Positions 31,791 to 42,819 are shown, numbered from the stretch's first letter. The stretch is 64,000 nucleotides of DNA from Promethearchaeota archaeon (GCA_048937405.1 JBHLNF010000002.1:256001-320000); one strand, 5' to 3'. Notes: generated from the letters alone by a model not told the origin. Program-made: numbers and translations.

Positions 31791-32321
31791 TTGTATGATG
31801 CAACGTATAAAATTGTAATCTTTGGAGATGCAGGTTGCGGAAAAACTACATTAACTCAAAGGTTTTTGACAAATTTATTTAAATCAGATTCAAAAATGAC
31901 TATAGGCGTTGATTTCGAAGTAAAAAGCCTAGAAATCAATGGAAAAAAAATAAAACTCCAAATCTGGGATTTTGGTGGAGAAGAACGATTTAGGTTCTTA
32001 TTACCAACTTATGTTAGGGGAGCCAATGGAGCTCTTTTCATGTATGACGTAACAAATTATAGTTCATTAGCCCACATTGATGATTGGCTTATGGTAATAA
32101 AAAAGGAATTAAGAGCTGAAGATCAATTTCCTATTATTGTTGTTGGTGGAAAAGCGGACCTAGTTGGAGAACGTGAAGTAACTGGCGAAGAGGGAATTAA
32201 TATTGCTAGATCCAGAGTTGTTGATGGTTTTATTGAATGTAGCTCAAAAACGGGTGAAAATGTTGAGGAAACATTCGAAGCTTTAACTCGATTGATGTTA
32301 CAAAAGTCAAATTTAATCTAA
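31791..32321 (+). CDS. Rab-like small GTPase
   Basis: GDAGCGKT, TIGVDF, KLQIWDFGGEERF, GKAD, ECSSK; SD GGAGGT upstream. Confidence 0.95.
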   Translation: MYDATYKIVIFGDAGCGKTTLTQRFLTNLFKSDSKMTIGVDFEVKSLEINGKKIKLQIWDFGGEERFRFLLPTYVRGANGALFMYDVTNYSSLAHIDDWLMVIKKELRAEDQFPIIVVGGKADLVGEREVTGEEGINIARSRVVDGFIECSSKTGENVEETFEALTRLMLQKSNLI

Positions 32322-32388
32322 ATATAAAAATCTTATTTTTTTAAAAAAAGATTAAAATTAATAAGAGTGACACTGTTAACTTTTAAAA

Positions 32389-33324
32389 CTATGAATTAAT
32401 ATCTTCTTCTAATGCTAATCTTTGCTTAAGTCTTAAATCTCTTCTTCTCCTTGAAACCATTATTTGAAACTCTAAATCTTTTTTGTATCTCTCAGCACAA
32501 CGCAGAATTTCTTTAGAAACATCTTTTTCATTAATTTCATAGGAAATTTTGATTCCATCAAAAATCGGTATTTCTGAAAACTTATCAAAAATGATTTCTA
32601 AAAAATCTTCTGGTAATAGATCTGATCTATCTTTTACAGCGATCTCAATTATTTCTTCAAGCTTTTTGTAGATCTCTCTTTTACTAAATTGACAAAATAC
32701 ACACTTAGACATACGATTTTTGAAAATGTTTAAAATTATTAATCCTGTTATAAATTTGAAATTTCGAATTAATAGATTTTCATCTTCGCTATTATAAACA
32801 CTAATGTATTGCTGAATATATTTAGTTGTATTAAGATATAATCTAGAAAATAGCTTTGCTCTATCAAAATAAGCAGGAACGATGCAAAAGATACGAGTAA
32901 ACCAGAATGGATTCATATCTATTGGGGGATCTTGATAAAATATATAATAAACAGTCCTTCCATCTCTTTCTTTGTATAAGGTAGATTCCTTTTTGAGCAT
33001 ATTTAAATATGTTGAAATTGTTGTACGAGCAATTTCTTTAAAGTATCGTTTGTATTCTTCTTCAACTTCTCCTGTTGTTATTTTTTTTTTCCCCGCTAAA
33101 TAAAATTTTAAAAGAATACCTAAGATCCGGTTCTCGTGAAGTCGACCAGTCTTAATCTGTTGTTCTTCTGATTCATCTTCTCGAAATTGGTATAAATAAC
33201 CAATTTCTGGAGCAAAATCTTGAATAACTTTATCTATTAATTTAAGTTCAGTATCTTTAATTTCTAAACTTACTAATTTCGTGCTTTCAATTATGAGTTT
33301 TTCAATTTCAGATCTTTCAGACAA
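32389..33324 (-). CDS. Winged-helix DNA-binding protein
   Basis: ITTGEV...IARTTISTYLNMLKKE...KERDGRTVYY, a BlaI/ArsR-like wHTH. Confidence 0.7.
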   Translation of the reverse strand: MSERSEIEKLIIESTKLVSLEIKDTELKLIDKVIQDFAPEIGYLYQFREDESEEQQIKTGRLHENRILGILLKFYLAGKKKITTGEVEEEYKRYFKEIARTTISTYLNMLKKESTLYKERDGRTVYYIFYQDPPIDMNPFWFTRIFCIVPAYFDRAKLFSRLYLNTTKYIQQYISVYNSEDENLLIRNFKFITGLIILNIFKNRMSKCVFCQFSKREIYKKLEEIIEIAVKDRSDLLPEDFLEIIFDKFSEIPIFDGIKISYEINEKDVSKEILRCAERYKKDLEFQIMVSRRRRDLRLKQRLALEEDINS

Positions 33325-33426
33325 TGCTAAAATACTCTTTAAGTTAAACTTATTTTAATATTAAACTACATTATTAAAATAATTTCATTATTTTAATAAA
33401 GTTACTATTTAAATTATATAATATGA

Positions 33427-35217
33427 TTATATTTTTTCTCTATATTTTTTTTTCCATATAGGATCTGCTTCTTGTAATATTCTCCTTTGAATCTTTCCAA
33501 TTAAATTCTTTGGAATTTCACCGATAACAGCAACGCTATGAGGAACTTTGTAATTTGCCATATTTTCCTTTGCCCATTCTTTTATTTTTTGAGGTGAGCA
33601 ATCGGAATCTTCTTTAATTGAAACCCATGCTTTTATTATTTCTCCGTATTCTTCGTCAGGAAGACCTGCTACAGCAACCTCTACTATATCGGGATGCTTT
33701 ATTAATAATTTTTCAACCTCTTTAGGAAATACTGAATATCCTTTACATTTTATAATTTGTTTTTTCCTGTCTCTAATTTCTATAGTTCCATCTTCATTCA
33801 TAAAACCAATATCTCCAGTTAAAAGCCATAATTTTCCATTATACTCTATAATAGTTTGTTCTGTTTCTTCTGATTCTTCAAGATATTCCATCATTATTTG
33901 AGGACCACTTATATAAATCTCACCTGTGTGATCAATTCCAAAATTTTTATCATCAGAATTCCCCATACTTATTGGTCCTTTATTAGGATCGTCAATAGGC
34001 CAAATACCCCATTCTGTACCTGTTAAGGGCATTCCAATAGTTCCAATAGGACTCTCACTAAATAAGTTGCCTGCACTTACAACAGGACTAGCTTCTGATA
34101 GACCATATCCTTCAACAATCCTACCACCTGTATTTTTAACGAAAGCATCTCGAACAGATTCATGTAAAGGTCCTGCGCCTGAAATACATAAAATTAATTT
34201 ACCGATAACTCCTGGAAATCTTATTTTTAAATTTTTTAATTCTGCTAATCTTTTAAATAAAATTTCTGTCCCCGCATATATTAACCCTTCCTTACAAGGT
34301 AATTTCTCAATTTGTTCACATAATTCCGTTTGAGAAGGAGGAGTTGGGAACAGCATTATCCAGCCACCAACAGCCAAGGAAGTATTCATTACAGCTGTAT
34401 GAGCGAAACTATGAAATAATGGTAAAATACCAATATTTCCTATTCCGGGTCTCTCACCCCCTAACCATAGTTTACACTGCAATGCATTAGAGACGACATT
34501 AAAATGAGTTAAAACGGCAGCTTTTGGTAACCCTGTAGTTCCGCCTGTCATAATATAAGTAGCAGGGTGATATTTTACATCAATATTAATTTTCGGAATA
34601 TTTACTTCCGTTTTTAGGAGTTCTTGAAATTTAAATGCCCTATGAAAATCAACTTTTCCTGTAGGTATTTTTTTAATAAATTTACTAATAGCTCTCTTTA
34701 CTCCTTTAATTTCGGATAAATCTGCTAGATTTGTATAAACAACAATTTTTATTATTGACTCGTGAATAATTGGCTTAATTGAAGAATCATATAACGCATC
34801 TAATACTATAAGCATTTTTGGCTTTATTATCTCAAGCTGGTGAAGAACTTCCATTGGTTGAAAAGTAGGATTAATTCCACTAGCAATTGCACCAATCCTT
34901 GTAATTGCAAAATATGCTACAATATATTGAGGACAATTAGGAAGGTATATTGCAACAACATCACCTTTTTTAATACCTTGGTTTACTAAAGCTGTAGCAA
35001 ATGACTTCACATAGTCCTGAAACTGCTTATAAGTAATCCAACTATCTAAAAACCATATAAAATTATCTTTTGCGTATTTTTCAACTTGTTCATCTAGAAA
35101 ATCATTTAACGTTTTTTCTTCGAAGTTAAAATTATAGGGTACATTTTCTGGCCACCATTTTTTAAACCAACGTTTATTTTCATCAACATAGAAGGATTTC
35201 TGTATTTTTAAAGCCAT
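33427..35217 (-). CDS. Long-chain acyl-CoA synthetase (AMP-binding)
   Basis: MTGGTTGLPK, EGYGLSE, TGDIG, DRKK, GKIQRR. Confidence 0.95.
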   Translation of the reverse strand: MALKIQKSFYVDENKRWFKKWWPENVPYNFNFEEKTLNDFLDEQVEKYAKDNFIWFLDSWITYKQFQDYVKSFATALVNQGIKKGDVVAIYLPNCPQYIVAYFAITRIGAIASGINPTFQPMEVLHQLEIIKPKMLIVLDALYDSSIKPIIHESIIKIVVYTNLADLSEIKGVKRAISKFIKKIPTGKVDFHRAFKFQELLKTEVNIPKINIDVKYHPATYIMTGGTTGLPKAAVLTHFNVVSNALQCKLWLGGERPGIGNIGILPLFHSFAHTAVMNTSLAVGGWIMLFPTPPSQTELCEQIEKLPCKEGLIYAGTEILFKRLAELKNLKIRFPGVIGKLILCISGAGPLHESVRDAFVKNTGGRIVEGYGLSEASPVVSAGNLFSESPIGTIGMPLTGTEWGIWPIDDPNKGPISMGNSDDKNFGIDHTGEIYISGPQIMMEYLEESEETEQTIIEYNGKLWLLTGDIGFMNEDGTIEIRDRKKQIIKCKGYSVFPKEVEKLLIKHPDIVEVAVAGLPDEEYGEIIKAWVSIKEDSDCSPQKIKEWAKENMANYKVPHSVAVIGEIPKNLIGKIQRRILQEADPIWKKKYREKI

Positions 35218-35396
35218 AATTTCTAAACAGTTTTTGGAATTTTTTTTGTTTGCTTATATCACTTTGATTATCTAAAATTTAAAGTTTTGTAAGTATTAAT
35301 AACTGAAAAATCTTAGTCTTAACAAAAATTATCAAATTTGATATTAGAAATCAGTAAATTTAAACAAAAAATAAAAAAAATTAAAAGAAATTAAAA

Positions 35397-37454
35397 TTAG
35401 TATCTTCTATCCTTTCTCCGCTTTATCAATATAGTAGCAACACCTACTAAACTTACTCCAGCAATCAAAACGATTATAGCCCAGAAACCTTCCTCTTCGA
35501 AAACCATATAGACACTGAAGGTTGGATCGTGCCATATCCCTTGACCAGTACCATTAAACTCAGGATAACAAACCGCATATACCATCACATTAAATTCTGT
35601 ACTAATTCTAATATCTGAAGCATAGGTTTTGGATTCAGTCCCATTACCTAATTCAAAGGTATCATGTCTATTCAATTCCCATTTGTACAGAACAAGCGGT
35701 AATACATTTGTATTTGCATTATGTTCTTCCGCTGTACTTCTATCATTACCAAGTTCATAGAAAAAACCTGCAATATCGACAAAGTCTAACTTTTCTTCTG
35801 CTTTTCTACCAATGTAATTTCCTACCTTTAATTCATGTGTTTCATCAACATAATCTTCGTTCGGATCTAAAATTACCTCAGGTTCATCTGCTTCTTCATT
35901 AACATTTACATTTAAGTGAAAGTGTAATACGGTAGATACATAAATAATAGCTAAATCTAATCCCGCAATATTTGAATTAGGACCATTACCGTCATTCCAA
36001 GGAGCAAAAAATTGATCCAATTTAACATTTCCTCTCGCATATCCAGTTTCTTCATCCTTAGTTGGTATAAATGTGAATCCAAAGTAAATGTATTCAAGAT
36101 TTTCCTGTTCTGTTTGTAAATATGAATCTAAATCAACAAACATAGGAACTGCAGATATATTTACATCATTTATCCTTAAGCCCCATGAAATACTATTTTC
36201 TCCTTCGGCAGGATCTGGTTTTCTAAACTCAAATTCTCCTACAGAGCCTAAAATGAGTCTATGACTTAGTTCAGAACCATCAGGAATCTGTATAGGATCT
36301 CCAGCTTCATCTAATATAACATCACCATCAGCATCAGTTACATTTACATAACTCGCTGAGATTTTGTTATTTGAATCTGCATCATTATATAAGAACGCGC
36401 CTGCTAAATGATGAGTAAAAAGGTAAAATTCAATATCACAACCGTTAAAAGCACTGGCTATAGCTTGTTCTGCTGATCCGCCATCTCCAGTAAAAGCATC
36501 TAAAATCTCACTAACATCAATATGAATTTCGAAATTTTTAACCCATAATTGAATTAAATCAAAAGAGAACTGAGTCCAAAGTTTTTCAGCTAAATCTCCT
36601 TCTGTAGTATTTGTTAATAACCATTCCATATAATTATCTCTTCTATTCGTAGCATTAATAAGCCAAGCTTCTTTTTCAACATCGGGAACCTCTATATCAC
36701 CTTCAGTTATATTATAATCAGAACCGGTATATTTCCAAGTCTTCTCAATAGTATAGCTTGATGGTGTAATATTTAATTTTTGCCAAGTTATGGGATTTAA
36801 TATGAATAATTCATCTCCAGTAAATATATCATTAAAATGAATTAAAAACCAGGTAATTATTGAAATTCCCTCCTTAATAACATTCTGAGATATTTCTACA
36901 CCTCTCTCTTGAAGTGTTAATATTTTCCTCAAAAAACCAAGTACTCTATTTATCGCATCCACAAATGATTTATCATGGTCCCAAATGATTAGAGTGACCG
37001 CAGCACCTGCTTCTAATTCAAAAGAATAACTACCGTCTTTAGTAATTTCACAATAAGCAAAGCCTTTATCAGAAGATGTTTCATAATCATTCGGAAGATA
37101 ATAATATTCTTTATTATTCCCTGAGTCAAAATCTTTTATACCAGAAATTGTTCTTGTGGTATTGGCACTTAACACATAGACACTATCCATTTTTTCATGT
37201 TTAGTAAGATTTAATCCCTGCATTAATAATGCTTCGAATACAGTTCCGAGGATTTGTCCAGCATATCCTAAGTTATTACTAAAAATTGATCCAAAACCTC
37301 CCCGAAAACCATCAAAAATACCAGCATCCACTTGATTCAAATTTAAATCATTGTTATAATCCTTTTCTTGCCCCAATACTGCCATTGGCATTGTAAATAC
37401 GGAAGTAACTACGATCGTGATAACCATTAAGGATTTCATATTTAAATTTTTCAT
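35397..37454 (-). CDS. Secreted, C-terminally anchored cell-surface protein
   Basis: N-terminal signal peptide, acidic beta-rich body, HDPTFSVY followed by a TM helix and KRRKDRRY tail. Confidence 0.8.
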   Translation of the reverse strand: MKNLNMKSLMVITIVVTSVFTMPMAVLGQEKDYNNDLNLNQVDAGIFDGFRGGFGSIFSNNLGYAGQILGTVFEALLMQGLNLTKHEKMDSVYVLSANTTRTISGIKDFDSGNNKEYYYLPNDYETSSDKGFAYCEITKDGSYSFELEAGAAVTLIIWDHDKSFVDAINRVLGFLRKILTLQERGVEISQNVIKEGISIITWFLIHFNDIFTGDELFILNPITWQKLNITPSSYTIEKTWKYTGSDYNITEGDIEVPDVEKEAWLINATNRRDNYMEWLLTNTTEGDLAEKLWTQFSFDLIQLWVKNFEIHIDVSEILDAFTGDGGSAEQAIASAFNGCDIEFYLFTHHLAGAFLYNDADSNNKISASYVNVTDADGDVILDEAGDPIQIPDGSELSHRLILGSVGEFEFRKPDPAEGENSISWGLRINDVNISAVPMFVDLDSYLQTEQENLEYIYFGFTFIPTKDEETGYARGNVKLDQFFAPWNDGNGPNSNIAGLDLAIIYVSTVLHFHLNVNVNEEADEPEVILDPNEDYVDETHELKVGNYIGRKAEEKLDFVDIAGFFYELGNDRSTAEEHNANTNVLPLVLYKWELNRHDTFELGNGTESKTYASDIRISTEFNVMVYAVCYPEFNGTGQGIWHDPTFSVYMVFEEEGFWAIIVLIAGVSLVGVATILIKRRKDRRY

Positions 37455-37759
37455 AATATTCTAATTTTTTATTGTTATAATTTAGTATCTATTAGTTTTA
37501 TAATCAAAATATGATTTTTTAATAATTTTTGTTCTAATATAATAGAGACTTTAAAAAAATTTACGTTGAATATATATAAATGATGAAAAGTCCATAGAAA
37601 GTGTAATTCTAATTTCCTTTTCTACTTAAAATTATCAATATAACAATTATTTTTTATATAAATTGATCGAGATAAAATTTATCTCCAATAAAAGGATTGG
37701 GTTGTAAAATGTTCCTGAAATCCTCCTACTTTCTGGGAAATAAAATTATCAGATTTATT

Positions 37760-38764
37760 TCATTCAGCTTGGAAAAATGTATAAAAAAATACAGAAATAT
37801 ATAAAACCGCTGAAAGAATTAAGCTCCAAATTCTTAAGAATCCAGAAATTTCTGTCGTAGAGAATAGTACATTTGAACCTACAAACACAGCAGCAATAAG
37901 ATATCCGAATAAATGACTTTTAAAACTCTTTACTTTTGATTTTCCTTGGAAATAATTTACAATCGAAATAATAAGAATAAGAATAAATCCTCCCCAATAA
38001 AAAAGTTCAATTACTTCAAACTTATATAGGTCTAGAAATAAAAAAAAGGCAAAAAGAAATATCTCAAAAATTCGAATATCCCAGATAATATCTCTTTTTG
38101 AAGAATCTACCCACAGTTGTTCATATTCACTAATACCAGAATTATACAACAATAATATAAAAGACCCTATAGCCAAGGCAGTAAATAACGAGTAAGAGAT
38201 ACTGAATAAAAACGGAAGAAATTTAAGCCATATATCATTCCATAGAAAATCTGTTAATGCTAAAAAACCGGGTAAAACACTTACTGCGCAAAATATTGGA
38301 ATTACCGATGCCAAGATCATCATAATCCATGTTATTTTTGAAATCTTTGTATCATCCTCCCATCTTTCTTTTCTAAATGTTGTTAATCTCCATGCCATAG
38401 AAGCAAAGCTTAGAATGGATATTAATGGTGTAATTATAGGAAAAATGAAAATCATCATAATATAAATAGCATTTATCCCATAGAAGAATTTCAATCTTGA
38501 TGGAACTACACTAACAGTCTTATCAAAATCATCAAGAGTATTAGCAAAACGATTAATAAAAAGAATCATGAAAAATAACCATGAAACACTAAAAATAAAT
38601 GGACTCAATATCTTAATTACTAGTATTGTAATTGTAGGATCATTTGTATACCATAAATTAAAATCAGCTAAATTATAGATTAAAAAAATCGCAATAGGAA
38701 TTAAAATTATTGATAGCAAAACAATTAAACGACTGACTATAATCCCTTTTATCTCTTTAGGCAT
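37760..38764 (-). CDS. Multi-pass membrane protein
   Basis: About 9-10 hydrophobic segments. Confidence 0.8.
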   Translation of the reverse strand: MPKEIKGIIVSRLIVLLSIILIPIAIFLIYNLADFNLWYTNDPTITILVIKILSPFIFSVSWLFFMILFINRFANTLDDFDKTVSVVPSRLKFFYGINAIYIMMIFIFPIITPLISILSFASMAWRLTTFRKERWEDDTKISKITWIMMILASVIPIFCAVSVLPGFLALTDFLWNDIWLKFLPFLFSISYSLFTALAIGSFILLLYNSGISEYEQLWVDSSKRDIIWDIRIFEIFLFAFFLFLDLYKFEVIELFYWGGFILILIISIVNYFQGKSKVKSFKSHLFGYLIAAVFVGSNVLFSTTEISGFLRIWSLILSAVLYISVFFYTFFQAE

Positions 38765-38904
38765 AATTTATATTCTTACATTGAACTTTTAATATTAATA
38801 TAGAATACTATGATTCAATAATTAATATATTTTTATTGAAAATATTATCAGATTTAAAAAAATTGATAATTATATTATGTTTTAAAATTTTAAGCTATTA
38901 ATAT

Positions 38905-39672
38905 CTATTTTTTTGCTCCGCAATTTGTGCAAAATAAATCTTCACTAGTCAATTTAGCTCCACAATTTTTGCAGTAATCAGATGTAGGAGTACTCTCCTC
39001 TTCTATAACTTCTCTAGCGAACATTTCGCCCGGTACTAGATCCTCATCCTTGACTTTTATTTTCTTCTTTTTTTTTTTTTCTTTCCCACCTGTAGGTTTA
39101 TATTTCAAACTTCCTATAAATGCACCAAATACAGCACCAACTAATGTTCCTTCCAAAACTGCTGTAAGAACAGCGACTAGATATGGCAAATCAGTTAATC
39201 CTATTAATAATCCATCCAAAATTGCGGGTCCTAATCCTGCTGGTATCACAATTGCTAATATGATGTAAATTATTGAAAGTATAATTACATATCCAATTCC
39301 TATGGCAAAACTAGTATGTACTCCTCCACGCGGAGAATGAGCAAATAGACCACTAGTAATAGCACAGCATAGAATCCAAGGAATGGTTACTGCTATTATA
39401 AGCATTACATCATCGGGACGATAAAATAAACACCAATGTATAGGAAATAAGAATATTAATACTGCTCCAATTAACATTCCAGCAAGTATTTGTAGTAATA
39501 AACCAATCCCACCAAGCTCACTAGTTAATGATCCTATAGCATCATCAACATTAGTAATCAATCCTCCAGTTATACCCTCAGTGAGGTTGAGAAACCTAAA
39601 TGAAACAAATGCCATTGGAATAAGGCAACACATACCCGCGCATCCTGACTTAATAACACGACCCCATCCCAT
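38905..39672 (-). CDS. Membrane protein with C-terminal zinc ribbon
   Basis: About 5 TMs, a poly-Lys stretch, CKNCG...CTNCG. Confidence 0.8.
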   Translation of the reverse strand: MGWGRVIKSGCAGMCCLIPMAFVSFRFLNLTEGITGGLITNVDDAIGSLTSELGGIGLLLQILAGMLIGAVLIFLFPIHWCLFYRPDDVMLIIAVTIPWILCCAITSGLFAHSPRGGVHTSFAIGIGYVIILSIIYIILAIVIPAGLGPAILDGLLIGLTDLPYLVAVLTAVLEGTLVGAVFGAFIGSLKYKPTGGKEKKKKKKIKVKDEDLVPGEMFAREVIEEESTPTSDYCKNCGAKLTSEDLFCTNCGAKK

Positions 39673-39874
39673 AATTATCCCAAGTTAAAAGTGATTAAAT
39701 GATTTTAATTTCATTATTACTATTCAACAACTAAAAACTATTTATACTTTTGTTTTACTTTAATATCTCCAAAACTGTCTATCTTACTTGGAGTATAATT
39801 TTACTAATTAAATGATTAACTTATTATTTTATAATCTTAAAATTTTTAAAAAAAGGAATAAAAAATATTGGATT

Positions 39875-40582
39875 TTATTTAATAGAAATAATTTTCCCGC
39901 CATCCATTCTAATTGTTTTAGTTCCATAGGAAGATAAGTCTCTATGTGTTACTACCAAAACAGTAGTTTCCATTTCTTTATTTATCTTTTTTAGTAGTCC
40001 CATAACTTCTTTTTCAGATTGAGGATCTAGGTTTCCTGAGGGTTCATCTGCTAAAATAACCCGAGGTCTATGGATTATAGCCCGTGCAATCGCACACCTC
40101 TGTTTTTCTCCACCAGACATCTGCACAGGAAAATGATCTTTACGATCAAGTAAATCAACATCTCTCAATGCAGCAATCGCTCTATTTTCAATCTCTTTTT
40201 GTCGTAAGACAGTTGGCCATAAAACAGATTCAACATTTTCTATAGCTGTTAAAGTTCTAACAAGATTAAAATCTTGAAACACAAATCCAATTTTCTGTCT
40301 TCTAAGCTTACTTAATCTATCTTCTGTTGATCTAGCGATGTTCTCTCCATCTAATATAATTCTCCCTGAATCTGGGAGATCCAATCCGGAAAGAACATTA
40401 AGGAGAGTAGATTTTCCACAACCAGTAGGACCTTGGATTATAGCAAATTCTCCAGATCTTATTTTTAAATTCACATCTGCTAATGCTCGTATTATAGCAC
40501 CAGCTCTTCTATATTCTTTATTAACATCAATAGCTTCAATCATAATATCTTTTTCTGACATTTTTTCTACCTCCTTATTCAC
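39875..40582 (-). CDS. ABC transporter ATPase (LolD/MacB/FtsE-like)
   Basis: GPTGCGKST, GFVFQDFNL, MSGGEKQR, LADEPSGNLD, VTH. Confidence 0.95.
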   Translation of the reverse strand: MNKEVEKMSEKDIMIEAIDVNKEYRRAGAIIRALADVNLKIRSGEFAIIQGPTGCGKSTLLNVLSGLDLPDSGRIILDGENIARSTEDRLSKLRRQKIGFVFQDFNLVRTLTAIENVESVLWPTVLRQKEIENRAIAALRDVDLLDRKDHFPVQMSGGEKQRCAIARAIIHRPRVILADEPSGNLDPQSEKEVMGLLKKINKEMETTVLVVTHRDLSSYGTKTIRMDGGKIISIK

Positions 40583-41096
40583 CTACTTTTTTAAGTGCTA
40601 TTATTGGCCTCACCTTAAGGACTTTTCTATAGGCTACAATAAATGCTATTATTTGAACACCTATAAATATACCACTAGTAACAACCACAGGAACTAAGTC
40701 TACTAAGATTAAAAGAGTGATATCTAAATCTGTTTGGTTAATATAAGCAACAATAGCAGCGTAATGAAATAACATTTCAATTACAATAAAAAAACCTACT
40801 ATAGTTGTAAAAAAGATCATACCTGAAACTAAGGACAATATATTTTTATTAGTATAACCAATACATTTAAATGTAGCCCAAATACGCCTTTTTCTCGAAA
40901 CTAAAATCCAAGCATAAAGTAATGAAAGAAATAAACTGGTAATAAAAAAAATTGACAGAAAATAAGGACCTAAATCTAATTGTATAGCTAAACTTGTTAA
41001 AAATATTAATACCGTATATATCAATGTAAAAATAATAAATACTTTTTTTTCACGTAAAGAGAGAAGAACCGCTTTTCTCCACATTCTAAAAACCAA
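40575..41096 (-). CDS. Minimal FtsX-like ABC permease
   Basis: 4 TMs, RKRRIWATFKCIGYT and C-terminal RKVLKVRPIIALK, as in FtsX domains; overlaps the ATPase start. Confidence 0.75.
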   Translation of the reverse strand: MVFRMWRKAVLLSLREKKVFIIFTLIYTVLIFLTSLAIQLDLGPYFLSIFFITSLFLSLLYAWILVSRKRRIWATFKCIGYTNKNILSLVSGMIFFTTIVGFFIVIEMLFHYAAIVAYINQTDLDITLLILVDLVPVVVTSGIFIGVQIIAFIVAYRKVLKVRPIIALKKVGE

Positions 41097-41202
41097 ATAA
41101 TGTCACCGTACTTTTTTCAATTTATTTTTAAATTATATTTAAATTTATAATTGATTTTATTTATGTTATTATAACAATTTAATAATAAATATTTTGGTGG
41201 AA

Positions 41203-41604
41203 ATGTCTGAAATTGAAGCACTTATTGATGAATTGTTAAATGAAGAACAAAATATCTTTGGAGTAGCGATAATAAGCAAAGATGGTAGATTGCTAACTCA
41301 AACTGAAAATTGGAATATTGTAGGTGATTTAGATTTAATCAATGAATTACTTAACCAGAAGCTTGAGTTAGGTGAAAAGGGAATTAGTAGTATCACAATT
41401 CAAGGAATAAAATATATGATCGTAGAAAATACTGAAGAAAGAAAAATTGGCACAAATATCACAGGTAAAGGGCATATCATCATTTGTCCTGTTCCAATCG
41501 GAGGTACGGGTGCATTAATCTGTTATATTAATCCCCAAGCAGGACCAAGAGATGCTCTCTTTGCAGCTCAAGAGTATGCTTTAAAATTAAAGGATTTGGT
41601 ATAA
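41203..41604 (+). CDS. Loki-type profilin
   Basis: AIISKDG...TQTENW...IQGIKYMIVENTEERKIGTNITGKGH...GPRDAL closely recalls characterised Lokiarchaeota profilins; start placed at MSEIE. Confidence 0.92.
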   Translation: MSEIEALIDELLNEEQNIFGVAIISKDGRLLTQTENWNIVGDLDLINELLNQKLELGEKGISSITIQGIKYMIVENTEERKIGTNITGKGHIIICPVPIGGTGALICYINPQAGPRDALFAAQEYALKLKDLV

Positions 41605-41610
41605 TTTATT

Positions 41611-42738
41611 TTAATTTTTTTTTTTAAATGAAGGCCAGTAATTACTTAAAAGATTTTTTAAATTAGATTTAATCTTATCAATTTCATTCTTTTTTGATTT
41701 ATTTGAAAAGTCTAGATATTCAAAAGGAGGTCTTTCATATTTCTCTTTCAATAAAGCTTGTATAACTGAATAAACGCAAACAGGTAAACCTAATAGGCTA
41801 TATCCACCTTCAAGGATAAAAATCAATTTTCCTTCACAGATATCTTCAGCAATCTTTAAAATTTTTTCAGTAAATTTATAATATGAACTCGATGTTAATA
41901 AACCATTTCCAATAGGATCTGTATAATGCATATCAAAACCAGCAGCAACTATAATAATATCTGGACTAAATTCTTTCAAAATAGGTTCAACGATTTCTAC
42001 AAACTCTAAAAAGTCATCATCAACGCAATTCATTGGGATTGGAAAATTTATATTCTTTCCAATACTTTTGCCTGCTCCTAATTCATTTATAAATCCAATA
42101 TCTCCTTCTATAAAGTCAAATTCATGAATAGAGAAATAAAGAACACTGGGATCCTCATAGAAATATTGTGCCAGACCATCTCCAAAATGATTGTCAATAT
42201 CTAAAATTGCAATTTTTTTATTAAAATTGAGTCTATCGCGCAAGTATAAAATTGAATTAGCAATATTATTAAAGATACAGAGACCTGATCCACTTTCTCG
42301 TAAAGCATGATGCCCAGGAGGTCTAATAAGGGCGAAAGATTGCATTACATCGTTTTCTATAACTGATTCAATTGCTTGGATTGCTCCTCCGATTGCTAAT
42401 TTGGCGAGCTTGAATGAATCTTTTGTAATAAATACCTCTTCATTCAACATAGCACCTTCTAAACTTGAAAGATACTTAATAGAATCGATATAATATTTAG
42501 TATGGGCTAATTGAATAATTGATTCATCTATTTTTTTAGGTTTTATTAAGGTAATTCTGTCGTCATTAAGAACATTTTTACTTTCTAAATAAGTTAGAAT
42601 AGCATGAATTCGAATAGGGGTTTCATACGAAAAAAAAATAGGATGTGGATAAGGGGGCTTATTTTTTGATGAAAAATCATCATCTATTATTAATCCAATT
42701 TTGTTTTTTTTTATCATACTAAAATTAAAAATATTCAA
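41611..42738 (-). CDS. Histone deacetylase / acetylpolyamine amidohydrolase family
   Basis: RPPGHHA, GLCIFNN, DIDNHFGDG, SIH, AGFDMH, LEGGY. Confidence 0.93.
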   Translation of the reverse strand: MNIFNFSMIKKNKIGLIIDDDFSSKNKPPYPHPIFFSYETPIRIHAILTYLESKNVLNDDRITLIKPKKIDESIIQLAHTKYYIDSIKYLSSLEGAMLNEEVFITKDSFKLAKLAIGGAIQAIESVIENDVMQSFALIRPPGHHALRESGSGLCIFNNIANSILYLRDRLNFNKKIAILDIDNHFGDGLAQYFYEDPSVLYFSIHEFDFIEGDIGFINELGAGKSIGKNINFPIPMNCVDDDFLEFVEIVEPILKEFSPDIIIVAAGFDMHYTDPIGNGLLTSSSYYKFTEKILKIAEDICEGKLIFILEGGYSLLGLPVCVYSVIQALLKEKYERPPFEYLDFSNKSKKNEIDKIKSNLKNLLSNYWPSFKKKN

Positions 42739-42819
42739 AAATACCTAAATAATTATAATAAAATTAGCAATGTTTTCTTAAATATAATTCTTTAAAAAAA
42801 AAATGATCGTGAGAATAGA

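Noticed and set aside
31784-31798. Tiny upstream ORF ATG CAA ATT GTA TGA overlapping the GTPase start
   Set aside because: Too short to distinguish from chance; could alternatively reflect a 1-nt error near the start.
37669-37685. Palindrome gagataaa-a-tttatctc
   Set aside because: 8-bp AT-rich arms are expected by chance in 64 kb of this composition.
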